DNA of 64,000 bases from Nemertoderma westbladi (Eukaryota > Animalia > Xenacoelomorpha), in contig JAUCBJ010007063.1 in the NCBI GenBank assembly GCA_032718475.1, forward strand, positions 1 to 64,000. Reading direction: 5' to 3'. Made by a program: the position numbers and the translations under genes. Below, piece by piece: positions 35,479-50,000 of the stretch (position 1 is its first letter; each line of letters begins with the position of its first letter). The notes under the pieces were generated by a model, which saw only the letters and a program-made list of their open reading frames with translations, ran no database searches and had not been told where the DNA came from.

Positions 35479-38400
35479 CATACAGGGTGTATATAGTGAG
35501 AGAATGGCGTGGTATGATGAGTATAGGAAGGTGTGGCCATACAGGGTGTGTAGAGTGAGAGAATGGCGTGGTATGATGAGTATAGGAAGGTGTGGCCATA
35601 CAGGGTGTGTAGAGTGAGAGAATGGCGTGGTATGATGAGTATAGGAAGATGTGGCCATACAGGGTGTGTAGAGTGAGAGAATGGCGTGGTATGATGAGTA
35701 TAGGAAGGTGTGGCCATACAGGGTGTGTAGAGTGAGAGAATGGCGTGGTATGATGAGTATAGGAAGATGTGGCCATACAGGGTGTGTAGAGTGAGAGAAT
35801 GGCGTGGTATGATGAGTATAGGAAGCTGTGGCCATACAGGGTGTGTAGAGTGAGAGAATGGTGTGGTATGATGAGTATAGGAAGGTGTGGCCATACAGGG
35901 TGTGTAGAATGAGAGAATGGCGTGGTATGATGAGTATAGGAAGATGTGGCCATACAGGGTGTGTAGAGTGAGAGAATGGCGTGGTATGATGAGTATAGGA
36001 AGGTGTGGCCATACAGGGTGTGTAGAGTGAGAGAATGGCGTGGTATGATGAGTATAGGAAGGTGTGGCCATACAGGGTGTGTAGAGTGAGAGAATGGCGT
36101 GGTATGATGAGTATAGGAAGATGTGGCCATACAGGGTGTGTAGAGTGAGAGAATGGCGTGGTATGATGAGTATAGGAAGGTGTGGCCATACAGGGTGTGT
36201 AGAGTGAGAGAATGGTGTGGTATGATGAGTATAGGAAGGTGTGGCCATACAGGGTGTGTAGAGTGAGAGAATGGCGTGGTATGATGAGTATAGGAAGATG
36301 TGGCCATACAGGGTGTGTAGAGTGAGAGAATGGTGTGGTATGATGAGTATAGGAAGGTGTGGCCATACAGGGTGTGTAGAGTGAGAGAATGGCGTGGTAT
36401 GATGAGTATAGGAAGATGTGGCCATACAGGGTGTGTAGAGTGAGAGAATGGCGTGGTATGATGAGTATAGGAAGGTGTGGCCATACAGGGTGTGTAGAGT
36501 GAGAGAATGGCGTGGTATGATGAGTATAGGAAGGTGTGGCCATACAGGGTGTATAGAGTGAGAGAATGGTGTGGTATGATGAGTATAGGAAGGTGTGGCC
36601 ATACAGGGTGTGTAGAGTGAGAGAATGGCGTGGTATGATGAGTATAGGAAGGTGTGGCCTTACAGGGTGTGTAGAGTGAGAGAATGGCGTGGTATGATGA
36701 GTATAGGAAGGTGTGGCCATACAGGGTGTGTAGAGTGAGAGAATGGTGTGGTATGATGAGTATAGGAAGGTGTGGCCATACAGGGTGTGTAGAGTGAGAG
36801 AATGGCGTGGTATGATGAGTATAGGAAGGTGTGGCCATACAGGGTGTGTAGAGTGAGAGAATGGCGTGGTATGATGAGTATAGGAAGGTGTGGCCATACA
36901 GGGTGTGTAGAGTGAGAGAATGGTGTGGTATGATGAGTATAGGAAGGTGTGGCCATACAGGGTGTGTAGAGTGAGAGAATGGCGTGGTATCATGAGTATA
37001 GGAAGGTGTGGCCATACAGGGTGTATAGAGTGAGAGAATGGCGTGGTATGATGAGTATAGGAAGGTGTGGCCATACAGGGTGTGTAGAGTGAGAGAATGG
37101 CGTGGTATGATGAGTATAGGAAGGTGTGGCCATACAGGGTGTATAGAGTGAGAGAATGGCGTGGTATGATGAGTATAGGAAGGTGTGGCCATACAGGGTG
37201 TGTAGAGTGAGAGAATGGTGTGGTATGATAAGTATAGGAAGGTGTGGCCATACAGGGTGTGTAGAGTGAGAGAATGGTGTGGTATGATGAGTATAGGAAG
37301 GTGTGGCCATACAGGGTGTGTAGAGTGAGAGAATGGCGTGGTATGATGAGTATAGGAAGGTGTGGCCATACAGGGTGTGTAGAGTGAGAGAATGGCGTGG
37401 TATGATGAGTATAGGAAGGTGTGGCCATACAGGGTGTGTAGAGTGAGAGAATGGTGTGGTATGATAAGTATAGGAAGGTGTGGCCATACAGGGTGTGTAG
37501 AGTGAGAGAATGGTGTGCTATGATGAGTATAGGAAGCTGTGGCCATACAGGGTGTGTAGAGTGAGAGAATGGCGTGGTATGATGAGTATAGGAAGGTGTG
37601 GCCATACAGGGTGTGTAGAGTGAGAGAATGGTGTGGTATGATGAGTATAGGAAGGTGTGGCCATACAGGGTGTGTAGAGTGAGAGAATGGCGTGGTATGA
37701 TGAGTATAGGAAGGTGTGGCCATACAGGGTGTGTAGAGTGAGAGAATGGTGTGGTATGATGAGTATAGGAAGGTGTGACCATACAGGGTGTGTAGAGTGA
37801 GAGAATGGCGTGGTATGATGAGTATAGGAAGGTGTGGCCATACAGGGTGTGTAGAGTGAGAGAATGGTGTGGTATGATGAGTATAGGAAGGTGTAGCCAT
37901 ACAGGGTGTGTAGAGTGAGAGAATGGTGTGGTATGATGAGTATAGGAAGGTGTGGCCATACAGGGTGTGTAGAGTGAGAGAATGGTGTGGTATGATGAGT
38001 ATAGGAAGGTGTGGCCATACAGGGTGTGTAGAGTGAGAGAATGGTGTGGTATGATGAGTATAGGAAGGTGTGGCCATACAGGGTGTGTAGAGTGAGAGAA
38101 TGGTGTGGTATGATGAGTATAGGAAGGTGTGGCCATACAGAGTGTGTAGAGTGAGAGAATGGCGTGGTATGATGAGTATAGGAAGGTGTGGCCATACAGG
38201 GTGTGTAGAGTGAGAGAATGGCGTGGTATGATGAGTATAGGAAGGTGTGGCTATACAGGGTGTGTAGAGTGAGAGAATGGTGTGGTATGATGAGTATAGG
38301 AAGGTGTGGCCATACAGGGTGTGTAGAGTGAGAGAATGGCGTGGTATGATGAGTATAGGAAGGTGTGGCCATACAGGGTGTGTAGAGTGAGAGAATGGCG

Positions 38401-41400
38401 TGGTATGATGAGTATAGGAAGGTGTGGCCATACAGGGTGTGTAGAGTGAGAGAATGGCGTGGTATGATGAGTATAGGAAGGTGTGGCCATACAGGGTGTG
38501 TAGAGTGAGAGAATGGCGTGGTATGATGAGTATAGGAAGGTGTGGCCATACAGGGTGTGTAGAGTGAGAGAATGGCGTGGTATGATGAGTATAGGAAGGT
38601 GTGGCCATACAGGGTGTGTAGAGTGAGAGAATGGTGTGGTATGATGAGTATAGGAAGGTGTGGCCATACAGAGTGTGTAGAGTGAGAGAATGGCGTGGTA
38701 TGATGAGTATAGGAAGGTGTGGCCATACAGGGTGTGTAGAGTGAGATAATGGCGTGGTATGATGAGTATAGGAAGGTGTGGCCATACAGGGTGTGTAGAG
38801 TGAGAGAATGGCGTGGTATGATGAGTATAGGAAGGTGTGGCTATACAGGGTGTGTAGAGTGAGAGAATGGTGTGGTATGATGAGTATAGGAAGGTGTGGC
38901 CATACAGGGTGTGTAGAGTGAGAGAATGGCGTGGTATGATGAGTATAGGAAGGTGTGGCCATACAGGGTGTGTAGAGTGAGAGAATGGCGTGGTATGATG
39001 AGTATAGGAAGGTGTGGCCATACAGGGTGTGTAGAGTGAGAGAATGGCGTGGTATGATGAGTATAGGAAGGTGTGGCCATACAGGGTGTGTAGAGTGAGA
39101 GAATGGCGTGGTATGATGAGTATAGGAAGGTGTGGCCATACAGGGTGTGTAGAGTGAGAGAATGGCGTGGTATGATGAGTATAGGAAGGTGTGGCCATAC
39201 AGGGTGTGTAGAGTGAGAGAATGGTGTGGTATGATGAGTATAGGAAGGTGTGGCCATACAGAGTGTGTAGAGTGAGAGAATGGCGTGGTATGATGAGTAT
39301 AGGAAGGTGTGGCCATACAGGGTGTGTAGAGTGAGAGAATGGCGTGGTATGATGAGTATAGGAAGGTGTGGCTATACAGGGTGTGTAGAGTGAGAGAATG
39401 GTGTGGTATGATGAGTATAGGAAGGTGTGGCCATACAGGGTGTGTAGAGTGAGAGAATGGCGTGGTATGATGAGTATAGGAAGGTGTGGCCATACAGGGT
39501 GTGTAGAGTGAGAGAATGGTGTGGTATGATGAGTATAGGAAGCTGTGGCCATACAGGGTGTGTATAGAGTGAGAGAATGGCGTGGTATGATGAGTATAGG
39601 AAGGTGTGGCCATACAGGGTGTGTAGAGTGAGATAATGGCGTGGTATGATGAGTATAGGAAGGTGTGGCCATACAGGGTGTGTAGAGTGAGAGAATGGCG
39701 TGGTATGATGAGTATAGGAAGGTGTGGCTATACAGGGTGTGTAGAGTGAGAGAATGGTGTGGTATGATGAGTATAGGAAGGTGTGGCCATACAGGGTGTG
39801 TAGAGTGAGAGAATGGCGTGGTATGATGAGTATAGGAAGGTGTGGCCATACAGGGTGTGTAGAGTGAGAGAATGGCGTGGTATGATGAGTATAGGAAGGT
39901 GTGGCCATACAGGGTGTGTAGAGTGAGAGAATGGCGTGGTATGATGAGTATAGGAAGGTGTGGCCATACAGGGTGTGTAGAGTGAGAGAATGGTGTGGTA
40001 TGATGAGTATAGGAAGGTGTGGCCATACAGGGTGTGTAGAGTGAGAGAATGGTGTGGTATGATGAGTATAGGAAGGTGTGGCCATACAGGGTGTGTAGAG
40101 TGAGAGAATGGCGTGGTATGATGAGTATAGGAAGGTGTGGCCATACAGGGTGTGTAGAGTGAGAGAATGGCGTGGTATGATGAGTATAGGAAGGTGTGGC
40201 CATACAGGGTGTGTAGAGTGAGAGAATGGTGTGGTATGATGAGTATAGGAAGGTGTGGCCATACAGGGTGTGTAGAGTGAGAGAATGGTGTGGTATGATG
40301 AGTATAGGAAGGTGTGGCCATACAGGGTGTGTAGAGTGAGATAATGGCGTGGTATGATGAGTATAGGAAGGTGTGGCCATACAGGGTGTGTAGAGTGAGA
40401 GAATGGCGTGGTATGATGAGTATAGGAAGGTGTGGCCATACAGGGTGTGTAGAGTGAGAGAATGGTGTGGTATGATGAGTATAGGAAGGTGTGGCCATAC
40501 AGGGTGTGTAGAGTGAGAGAATGGTGTGGTATGATGAGTATAGGAAGGTGTAGCCATACAGGGTGTATAGAGTGAGAGAATGGTGTGGTATGATGAGTAT
40601 AGGAAGGTGTGGCCATACAGGGTGTGTAGAGTGAGAGAATGGTGTGGTATGATGAGTATAGGAAGGTGTGGCCATACAGGGTGTGTAGAGTGAGAGAATG
40701 GTGTGGTATGATGAGTATAGGAAGGTGTGGCCATACAGGGTGTGTAGAGTGAGAGAATGGCGTGGTATGATGAGTATAGGAAGGTGTGGCCATACAGGGT
40801 GTGTAGAGTGAGAGAATGGTGTGCTATGATGAGTATAGGAAGGTGTGGCCATACAGGGTGTGTAGAGTGAGAGAATGGTGTGGTATGATGAGTATAGGAA
40901 GGTGTGGCCATACAGGGTGTGTAGAGTGAGAGAATGGTGTGCTATGATGAGTATAGGAAGGTGTGGCCATACAGGGTGTGTAGAGTGAGAGAATGGTGTG
41001 GTATGATGAGTATAGGAAGGTGTGGCCATACAGGGTGTGTAGAGTGAGAGAATGGTGTGGTATGATGAGTATAGGAAGGTGTGGCCATACAGGGTGTGTA
41101 GAGTGAGAGAATGGTGTGGTATGATGAGTATAGGAAGGTGTGGCCATACAGGGTGTGTAGAGTGAGATAATGGCGTGGTATGATGAGTATAGGAAGGTGT
41201 GGCCATACAGGGTGTGTAGAGTGAGAGAATGGCGTGGTATGATGAGTATAGGAAGGTGTGGCCATACAGGGTGTGTAGAGTGAGAGAATGGTGTGGTATG
41301 ATGAGTATAGGAAGGTGTGGCCATACAGGGTGTGTAGAGTGAGAGAATGGTGTGGTATGATGAGTATAGGAAGGTGTGGCCATACAGGGTGTGTAGAGTG

Positions 41401-44083
41401 AGAGAATGGCGTGGTATGATGAGTATAGGAAGGTGTGGCCATACAGGGTGTGTATAGTGAGAGAATGGTGTGCTATGATGAGTATAGGAAGGTGTGGCCA
41501 TACAGGGTGTGTAGAGTGAGAGAATGGCGTGGTATGATGAGTATAGGAAGGTGTGGCCATACAGGGTGTGTAGAGTGAGAGAATGGCGTGGTATGATGAG
41601 TATAGGAAGGTGTGGCCATACAGGGTGTGTAGAGTGAGAGAATGGCGTGGTATGATGAGTATAGGAAGGTGTGGCCATACAGGGTGTATAGAGTGAGAGA
41701 ATGGTGTGGTATGATGAGTATAGGAAGGTGTGGCCATACAGGGTGTGTAGAGTGAGAGAATGGCGTGGTATGATGAGTATAGGAAGGTGTGGCCATACAG
41801 GGTGTGTAGAGTGAGAGAATGGCGTGGTATGATGAGTATAGGAAGGTGTGGCCATACAGGGTGTGTAGAGTGAGAGAATGGTGTGGTATGATGAGTATAG
41901 GAAGGTGTGGCCATACAGGGTGTGTAGAGTGAGAGAATGGTGTGGTATGATGAGTATAGGAAGGTGTGGCCATACAGGGTGTGTAGAGTGAGAGAATGGC
42001 GTGGTATGATGAGTATAGGAAGGTGTGGCCATACAGGGTGTGTAGAGTGAGAGAATGGCGTGGTATGATGAGTATAGGAAGGTGTGGCCATACAGGGTGT
42101 GTAGAGTGAGAGAATGGTGTGGTATGATGAGTATAGGAAGGTGTGGCCATACAGGGTGTGTAGAGTGAGAGAATGGCGTGGTATGATGAGTATAGGAAGG
42201 TGTGGCCATACAGGGTGTGTAGAGTGAGAGAATGGCGTGGTATGATGAGTATAGGAAGGTGTGGCCATACAGGGTGTGTAGAGTGAGAGAATGGCGTGGT
42301 ATGATGAGTATAGGAAGGTGTGGCCATACAGGGTGTGTAGAGTGAGAGAATGGTGTGGTATGATGAGTATAGGAAGGTGTGGCCATACAGGGTGTGTAGA
42401 GTGAGAGAATGGCGTGGTATGATGAGTATAGGAAGGTGTGGCCATACAGGGTGTGTAGAGTGAGAGTATGGCGTGGTATGATGAGTATAGGAAGCTGTGG
42501 CCATACAGGGTGTGTAGAGTGAGAGAATGGCGTGGTATGATGAGTATAGGAAGGTGTGGCCATACAGGGTGTGTAGAGTGAGAGAATGGTGTGGTATGAT
42601 GAGTATAGGAAGGTGTGGCCATACAGGGTGTGTAGAGTGAGAGTATGGCGTGGTATGATGAGTATAGGAAGCTGTGGCCATACAGGGTGTGTAGAGTGAG
42701 AGAATGGCGTGGTATGATGAGTATAGGAAGGTGTGGCCATACAGGGTGTGTAGAGTGAGAGAATGGTGTGGTATGATGAGTATAGGAAGGTGTGGCCATA
42801 CAGGGTGTGTAGAGTGAGAGAATGGTGTGGTATGATGAGTATAGGAAGGTGTGGCCATACAGGGTGTGTAGAGTGAGAGAATGGTGTGGTATGATGAGTA
42901 TAGGAAGGTGTGGCCATACAGGGTGTGTAGAGTGAGAGAATGGTGTGGTATGATGAGTATAGGAAGGTGTGGCCATACAGGGTGTGTAGAGTGAGAGAAT
43001 GGCGTGGTATGATGAGTATAGGAAGCTGTGGCCATACAGGGTGTGTAGAGTGAGAGAATGGCGTGGTATGATGAGTATAGGAAGCTGTGGCCATACAGGG
43101 TGTGTAGAGTGAGAGAATGGTGTGGTATGATGAGTATAGGAAGGTGTGGCCATACAGGGTGTGTAGAGTGAGATAATGGCGTGGTATGATGAGTATAGGA
43201 AGGTGTGGCCATACAGGGTGTGTAGAGTGAGAGTATGGCGTGGTATGATGAGTATAGGAAGCTGTGGCCATACAGGGTGTGTAGAGTGAGAGAATGGCGT
43301 GGTATGATGAGTATAGGAAGGTGTGGCCATACAGGGTGTGTAGAGTGAGAGAATGGTGTGGTATGATGAGTATAGGAAGGTGTGGCCATACAGGGTGTGT
43401 AGAGTGAGAGTATGGCGTGGTATGATGAGTATAGGAAGCTGTGGCCATACAGGGTGTGTAGAGTGAGAGAATGGCGTGGTATGATGAGTATAAGAAGGTG
43501 TGGCCATACAGGGTGTGTAGAGTGAGAGAATGGTGTGGTATGATGAGTATAGGAAGGTGTGGCCATACAGGGTGTGTAGAGTGAGAGAATGGTGTGGTAT
43601 GATGAGTATAGGAAGGTGTGGCCATACAGGGTGTGTAGAGTGAGAGAATGGTGTGGTATGATGAGTATAGGAAGGTGTGGCCATACAGGGTGTGTAGAGT
43701 GAGAGAATGGTGTGGTATGATGAGTATAGGAAGGTGTGGCCATACAGGGTGTGTAGAGTGAGAGAATGGCGTGGTATGATGAGTATAGGAAGGTGTGGCC
43801 ATACAGGGTGTGTAGAGTGAGAGAATGGCGTGGTATGATGAGTATAGGAAGGTGTGGCCATACAGGGTGTGTAGAGTGAGAGAATGGCGTGGTATGATGA
43901 GTATAGGAAGGTGTGGCCATACAGGGTGTGTAGAGTGAGATAATGGCGTGGTATGATGAGTATAGGAAGGTGTGGCCATACAGGGTGTATAGAGTGAGAG
44001 AATGGTGTGGTATGATGAGTATAGGAAGGTGTGGCCATACAGGGTGTGTAGAGTGAGAGAATGGCGTGGTATGATGAGTATAG
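35479..44083 (+). repeat. 59-bp satellite, right arm (~146 units)
   Basis: Same unit as 17213-19368. It resumes in register after the TSD. Confidence 0.98.
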
Positions 44084-44088
44084 TAGTA

Positions 44089-47000
44089 TTCTGTATGAGG
44101 GTATAGATCGGCAGAGAGACGCTCATACCTGGTAAAGTATGAGGGTATAGATCGGTGGAGAGACGCTCATAGCTGGTAAAGTATGAGGGTATAGATCGGC
44201 GGAGAGACGCTCATACCTGGTAAAGTATGATGGTATAGATCGGTGGAGAGACGCTCATACCTGGTTCTGTATGAGGGTATAGATTGGTGGAGAGACGCTC
44301 ATAGCTGGTAAAGTATGAGGGTATAGATCGGTGGAGAGACGCTCATACCTGGTAAAGTATGATGGTATAGATCGGTGGAGAGACGCTCATACCTGGTTCT
44401 GTATGAGGGTATAGATCGGTGGAGAGACGCTCATAGCTGGTAAAGTATGAGGGTATAGATCGGTGGAGAGACGCTCATACCTGGTTCTGTATAGATCGGT
44501 GGAGAGACGCTCATAGCTGGTTCTGTATGAGGGTATAGATCGGTGGAGAGACACTCATACCTGGTAAAGTATGAGGGTATAGATCGGTGGAGAGACGCTC
44601 ATACCTGGTAAAGTATGAGGGTATAGATCGGTGGAGAGACACTCATACCTGGTAAAGTATGAGGGTATAGATCGGTGGAGAGACACTCATACATGGTAAA
44701 GTATGAGGGTATAGATCGATGGAGAGACGCTCATACCTGGTAAAGTATGAGGGTATAGATTGGTGGAGAGACGTCATACCTGGTTCTGTATGATGGTATA
44801 GATCGGTGGAGAGACGCTCATACCTGGTTCTGTATGAGGGTACAGATCGGTGGAGAGACGCTCATACCTGGTTCAGTATGAGGGTATAGATCGGTGGGCT
44901 CATACCTGGTTCTGTATGAGGGTATAGATCGGTGGAGAGAAGCTCATACCTGGTTCAGTATGAGTGTATAGATCGGTGGAGAGACGCTCATAGCTGGTAA
45001 AGTATGATGGTATAGATCGGTGGAGAGACGCTCATACCTGGTTTTGTATGAGGGTATAGATCGGTGGAGAGACGCTCATACATGGTTCTGTATGAGGGTA
45101 TAGATCGGTGGAGAGACGCTCATACCTGGTTCTGTATGAGGGTATAGATCGGTGGAGAGACGCTCATACCTGATAAAGTATGAGGGTATAGATCGGTGGA
45201 GAGACGCTCATACCTGGTTCTGTATGAGGGTATAGATCGGTGGAGAGACGCTCATAGCTGGTAAAGTATGAGGGTATAGATCGGTGGAGAGACGCTCATA
45301 GCTGGTAAAGTATGAGGGTATAGATCGGTGGAGAGACGCTCATACCTGGTTCTGTATGAGGGTATAGATCGGTGGAGAGACGCTCATACCTGGTTCTATA
45401 TGAGGGTATAGATCGGTGGAGAGACACTCATAGCTGGTAAAGTATGAGGGTATAGATCGGTGGAGAGACGCTCATAGCTGGTAAAGTATGAGGGTATAGA
45501 TCGGTGGAGAGACGCTCATACCTGGTAAAGTATGATGGTATAGATTGGTGGAGAGACGCTCATACCTGGTTCTGTATGATGGTATAGATCGGTGGAGAGA
45601 CGCTCATACCTGGTAAAGTATGAGGGTATAGATTGGTGGAGAGACGCTCATACCTGGTAAAGTATGAGGGTATAGATTGGTGGAGAGACGCTCATACCTG
45701 GTAAAGTATGAGGGTATAGATCGGTGGAGAGACGCTCATACCTGGTTCTGTATGAGGGTATAGATTGGTGGAGAGACGCTCATACCTGGTTCTGTATGAG
45801 GGTATAGATCGGTGGAGAGACACTCATACCTGGTTCTGTATGATGGTATAGATCGGTGGAGAGACGCTCATACCTGGTAAAGTATGAGGGTATAGATCGG
45901 TGGAGAGACGCTCATACCTGGTAAAGTATGAGGGTATAGATCGGTGGAGAGACGCTCATAGCTGGTAAAGTATGAGGGTATAGATCGGTGGAGAGACGCT
46001 CATAGCTGGTAAATTATGAGGGTATAGATCGGTGGAGAGACGCTCATACCTGGTAAAGTATGAGGGTATAGATTGGTGGAGAGACGCTCATACCTGGTTC
46101 TGTATGAGGGTATAGATCGGTGGAGAGACGCTCATACCTGGTAAAGTATGAGGGTATAGATTGGTGGAGAGACGCTCATACCTGGTTCTGTATGAGGGTA
46201 TAGATCGGTGGAGAGACGCCCATACCTGGTTCTGTATGAGGGTATAGATCGGTGGAGAGACACTCATACCTGGTAAAGTATGAGGGTATAGATTGGTGGA
46301 GAGACGCTCATACCTGGTAAAGTATGAGGGTATAGATCGGTGGAGAGACGCTCATGCCTGGTAAAGTATGAGGGTATAGATCGGTGGAGAGACGCTCATA
46401 GCTGGTAAAGTATGAGGGTATAGATCGTTGGAGAGACGCTCATACCTGGTAAAGTATGAGGGTATAGATCGGTGGAGAGACGCTCATAGCTGGTAAAGTA
46501 TGAGGGTATAGATCGGTGGAGAGACGCTCATAGCTGGTAAAGTATGAGGGTATACATCGGTGGAGAGACGCTCATACCTGGTAAAGTATGAGGGTATAGA
46601 TTGGTGGAGAGACGCTCATACCTGGTTCTGTATGAGGGTATAGATCGGTGGAGAGACGCTCATACCTGGTTCTAGTATGAGGGTATAGATCGGTGGAGAG
46701 ACGCCCATACCTGGTTCTGTATGAGGGTATAGATCGGTGGAGAGACACTCATACCTGGTAAAGTATGAGGGTATAGATCGGTGGAGAGACGCTCATACCT
46801 GGTAAAGTATGAGGGTATAGATCGGTGGAGAGACGCTCATACCTGGTTCTGTATGAGGGTATAGATCGGTGGAGAGACGCTCATAGCTGGTAAAGTATGA
46901 GGGTATAGATTGGTGGTGAGACGCTCATAGCTGGTAAAGTATGAGGGTATAGATCGGTGGAGAGACGCTCATACCTGGTAAAGTATGAGGGTATAGATCG

Positions 47001-50000
47001 GTGGAGAGACGCTCATACCTGGTAAAGTATGAGGGTATAGATCGGTGGGGAGACGCTCATACCTGGTAAAGTATGAGGGTATAGATCGGTGGAGAGACGC
47101 TCATACCTGGTAAAGTATGAGGGTATAGATTGGTGGAGAGACGCTCATACCTGGTTCTGTATGAGGGTATAGATCGGTGGAGAGACGCTCATACCTGGTA
47201 AAGTATGTGGGTATAGATCGGTGGAGAGACGCTCATACCTGGTTCTGTATGAGGGTATAGATCGGTGGAGAGACACTCATACCTGGTTCTGTATGAGGGT
47301 ATAGATCGGTGGAGAGACGCTCATACCTGGTAAAGTATGATGGTATAGATCGGTGGAGAGACGCTCATACCTGGTAAAGTATGAGGGTATAGATCGGTGG
47401 AGAGACGCTCATACCTGGTTCTGTATGAGGGTATAGATCGGTGGAGAGACGCTCATACCTGGTAAAGTATGAGGGTATAGATCGGTGGAGAGACGCTCAT
47501 ACCTGGTTCTGTATGAGGGTATAGATCGGTGGAGAGACGCTCATACCTGGTAAAGTATGTGGGTATAGATCGGTGGAGAGACGCTCATACCTGGTTCTGT
47601 ATGAGGGTATAGATCGGTGGAGAGACACTCATACCTGGTTCTGTATGATGGTATAGATCGGTGGAGAGACGCTCATACCTGGTAAAGTATGTGGGTATAG
47701 ATCGGTGGAGAGACGCTCATACCTGGTAAAGTATGAGGGTATAGATTGGTGGAGAGACGCTCATACCTGGTAAAGTATGAGGGTATAGATCGGTGGAGAG
47801 ACGCTCATACCTGGTAAAGTATGAGGGTATAGATCGGTGGAGAGACGCTCATACCTGGTAAAGTATGAGGGTATAGATCGGTGGAGAGACGCTCATACCT
47901 GGTAAAGTATGTGGGTATAGATCGGTGGAGAGACGCTCATACCTGGTTCTGTATGAGGGTATAGATCGGTGGAGAGACGCTCATACCTGGTAAAGTATGT
48001 GGGTATAGATCGGTGGAGAGACGCTCATACCTGGTTCTGTATGAGGGTATAGATCGGTGGAGAGACACTCATACCTGGTTCTGTATGATGGTATAGATCG
48101 GTGGAGAGACGCTCATACCTGGTAAAGTATGTGGGTATAGATCGGTGGAGAGACGCTCATACCTGGTTCTGTATGATGGTATAGATCGGTGGAGAGACGC
48201 TCATACCTGGTAAAGTATGTGGGTATAGATCGGTGGAGAGACGCTCATACCTGGTTCTGTATGAGGGTATAGATCGGTGGAGAGACGCTCATACCTGGTA
48301 AAGTATGTGGGTATAGATCGGTGGAGAGACGCTCATACCTGGTTCTGTATGAGGGTATAGATCGGTGGAGAGACACTCATACCTGGTTCTGTATGATGGT
48401 ATAGATCGGTGGAGAGACGCTCATACCTGGTAAAGTATGTGGGTATAGATCGGTGGAGAGACGCTCATACCTGGTTCTGTATGAGGGTATAGATCGGTGG
48501 AGAGACACTCATACCTGGTTCTGTATGATGGTATAGATCGGTGGAGAGACGTTCATACCTGGTAAAGTATGAGGGTATAGATCGGCGGAGAGACGCTCAT
48601 ACCTGGTTCTGTATGAGGGTATAGATCGGTGGAGAGACGCTCATACCTGGTAAAGTATGTGGGTATAGATCGGTGGAGAGACGCTCATACCTGGTTCTGT
48701 ATGAGGGTATAGATCGGTGGAGAGACACTCATACCTGGTTCTGTATGATGGTATAGATCGGTGGAGAGACGCTCATACCTGGTAAAGTATGTGGGTATAG
48801 ATTGGTGGAGAGACGCTCATACCTGGTTCTGTATGAGGGTATAGATCGGTGGAGAGACGCTCATACCTGGTAAAGTATGAGGGTATAGATCGGTGGAGAG
48901 ACGCTCATACCTGGTTCTGTATGAGGGTATAGATCGGTGGAGAGACGCTCATACCTGGTAAAGTATGAGGGTATAGATCGGTGGAGAGACGCTCATACCT
49001 GGTTCTGTATGAGGGTATAGATCGGTGGAGAGACGCTCATACCTGGTAAAGTATGATGGTATAGATCGGTGGAGAGACGCTCATAGCTGGTAAAGTATGA
49101 GGGTATAGATCGGTGGAGAGACGCTCATACCTGGTAAAGTATGAGGGTATAGATCGGTGGAGAGACGCTCATACCTGGTTCTGTATGAGGGTATAGATCG
49201 GTGGAGAGATGCTCATACCTGGTAAAGTATGAGGGTATAGATCGGTGGAGAGACGCTCATAGCTGGTAAAGTATGTGCGTATAGATCGGTGGAGAGACGC
49301 TCATACCTGGTTCTGTATGAGGGTATAGATCGGTGGAGAGACGCCCATACCTGGTAAAGTATGATGGTATAGATCGGTGGAGAGACGCTCATAGCTGGTA
49401 AAGTATGTGGGTATAGATCGGTGGAGAGACGCTCATAGCTGGTAAAGTATGTGGGTATAGATCGGTGGAGAGACGCTCATACCTGGTTCTGTATGATGGT
49501 ATAGATCGGTGGAGAGACGCTCATACCTGGTAAAGTATGAGGGTATAGATCGGTGGAGAGACGCTCATAGCTGGTAAAGTATGTGGGTATAGATCGGTGG
49601 AGAGACGCTCATACCTGGTTCTGTATGAGGGTATAGATCGGTGGAGAGACGCTCATACCTGGTAAAGTATGAGGGTATAGATCGGTGGAGAGACGCTCAT
49701 AGCTGGTAAAGTATGTGGGTATAGATCGGTGGAGAGACGCTCATACCTGGTTCTGTATGAGGGTATAGATCGGTGGAGAGACGCTCATACTTGGTAAAGT
49801 ATGATGTTATAGATCGGTGGAGAGACGCTCATAGCTGGTAAAGTATGAGGGTATAGATCGGTGGAGAGACGCTCATACCTGGTTCTGTATGAGGGTATAG
49901 ATCGGTGGAGAGACGCTCATACCTGGTAAAGTATGAGGGTATAGATCGGTGGAGAGACGCTCATAGCTGGTAAAGTATGTGGGTATAGATCGGTGGAGAG

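Noticed and set aside
17129-44126. Long minus-strand His/Thr/Pro-rich ORFs (up to 1436 aa) in all three frames
   Set aside because: They are translations of the 59-bp satellite, whose G-poor minus strand lacks stop codons. All frames give the same 59-aa cycle.
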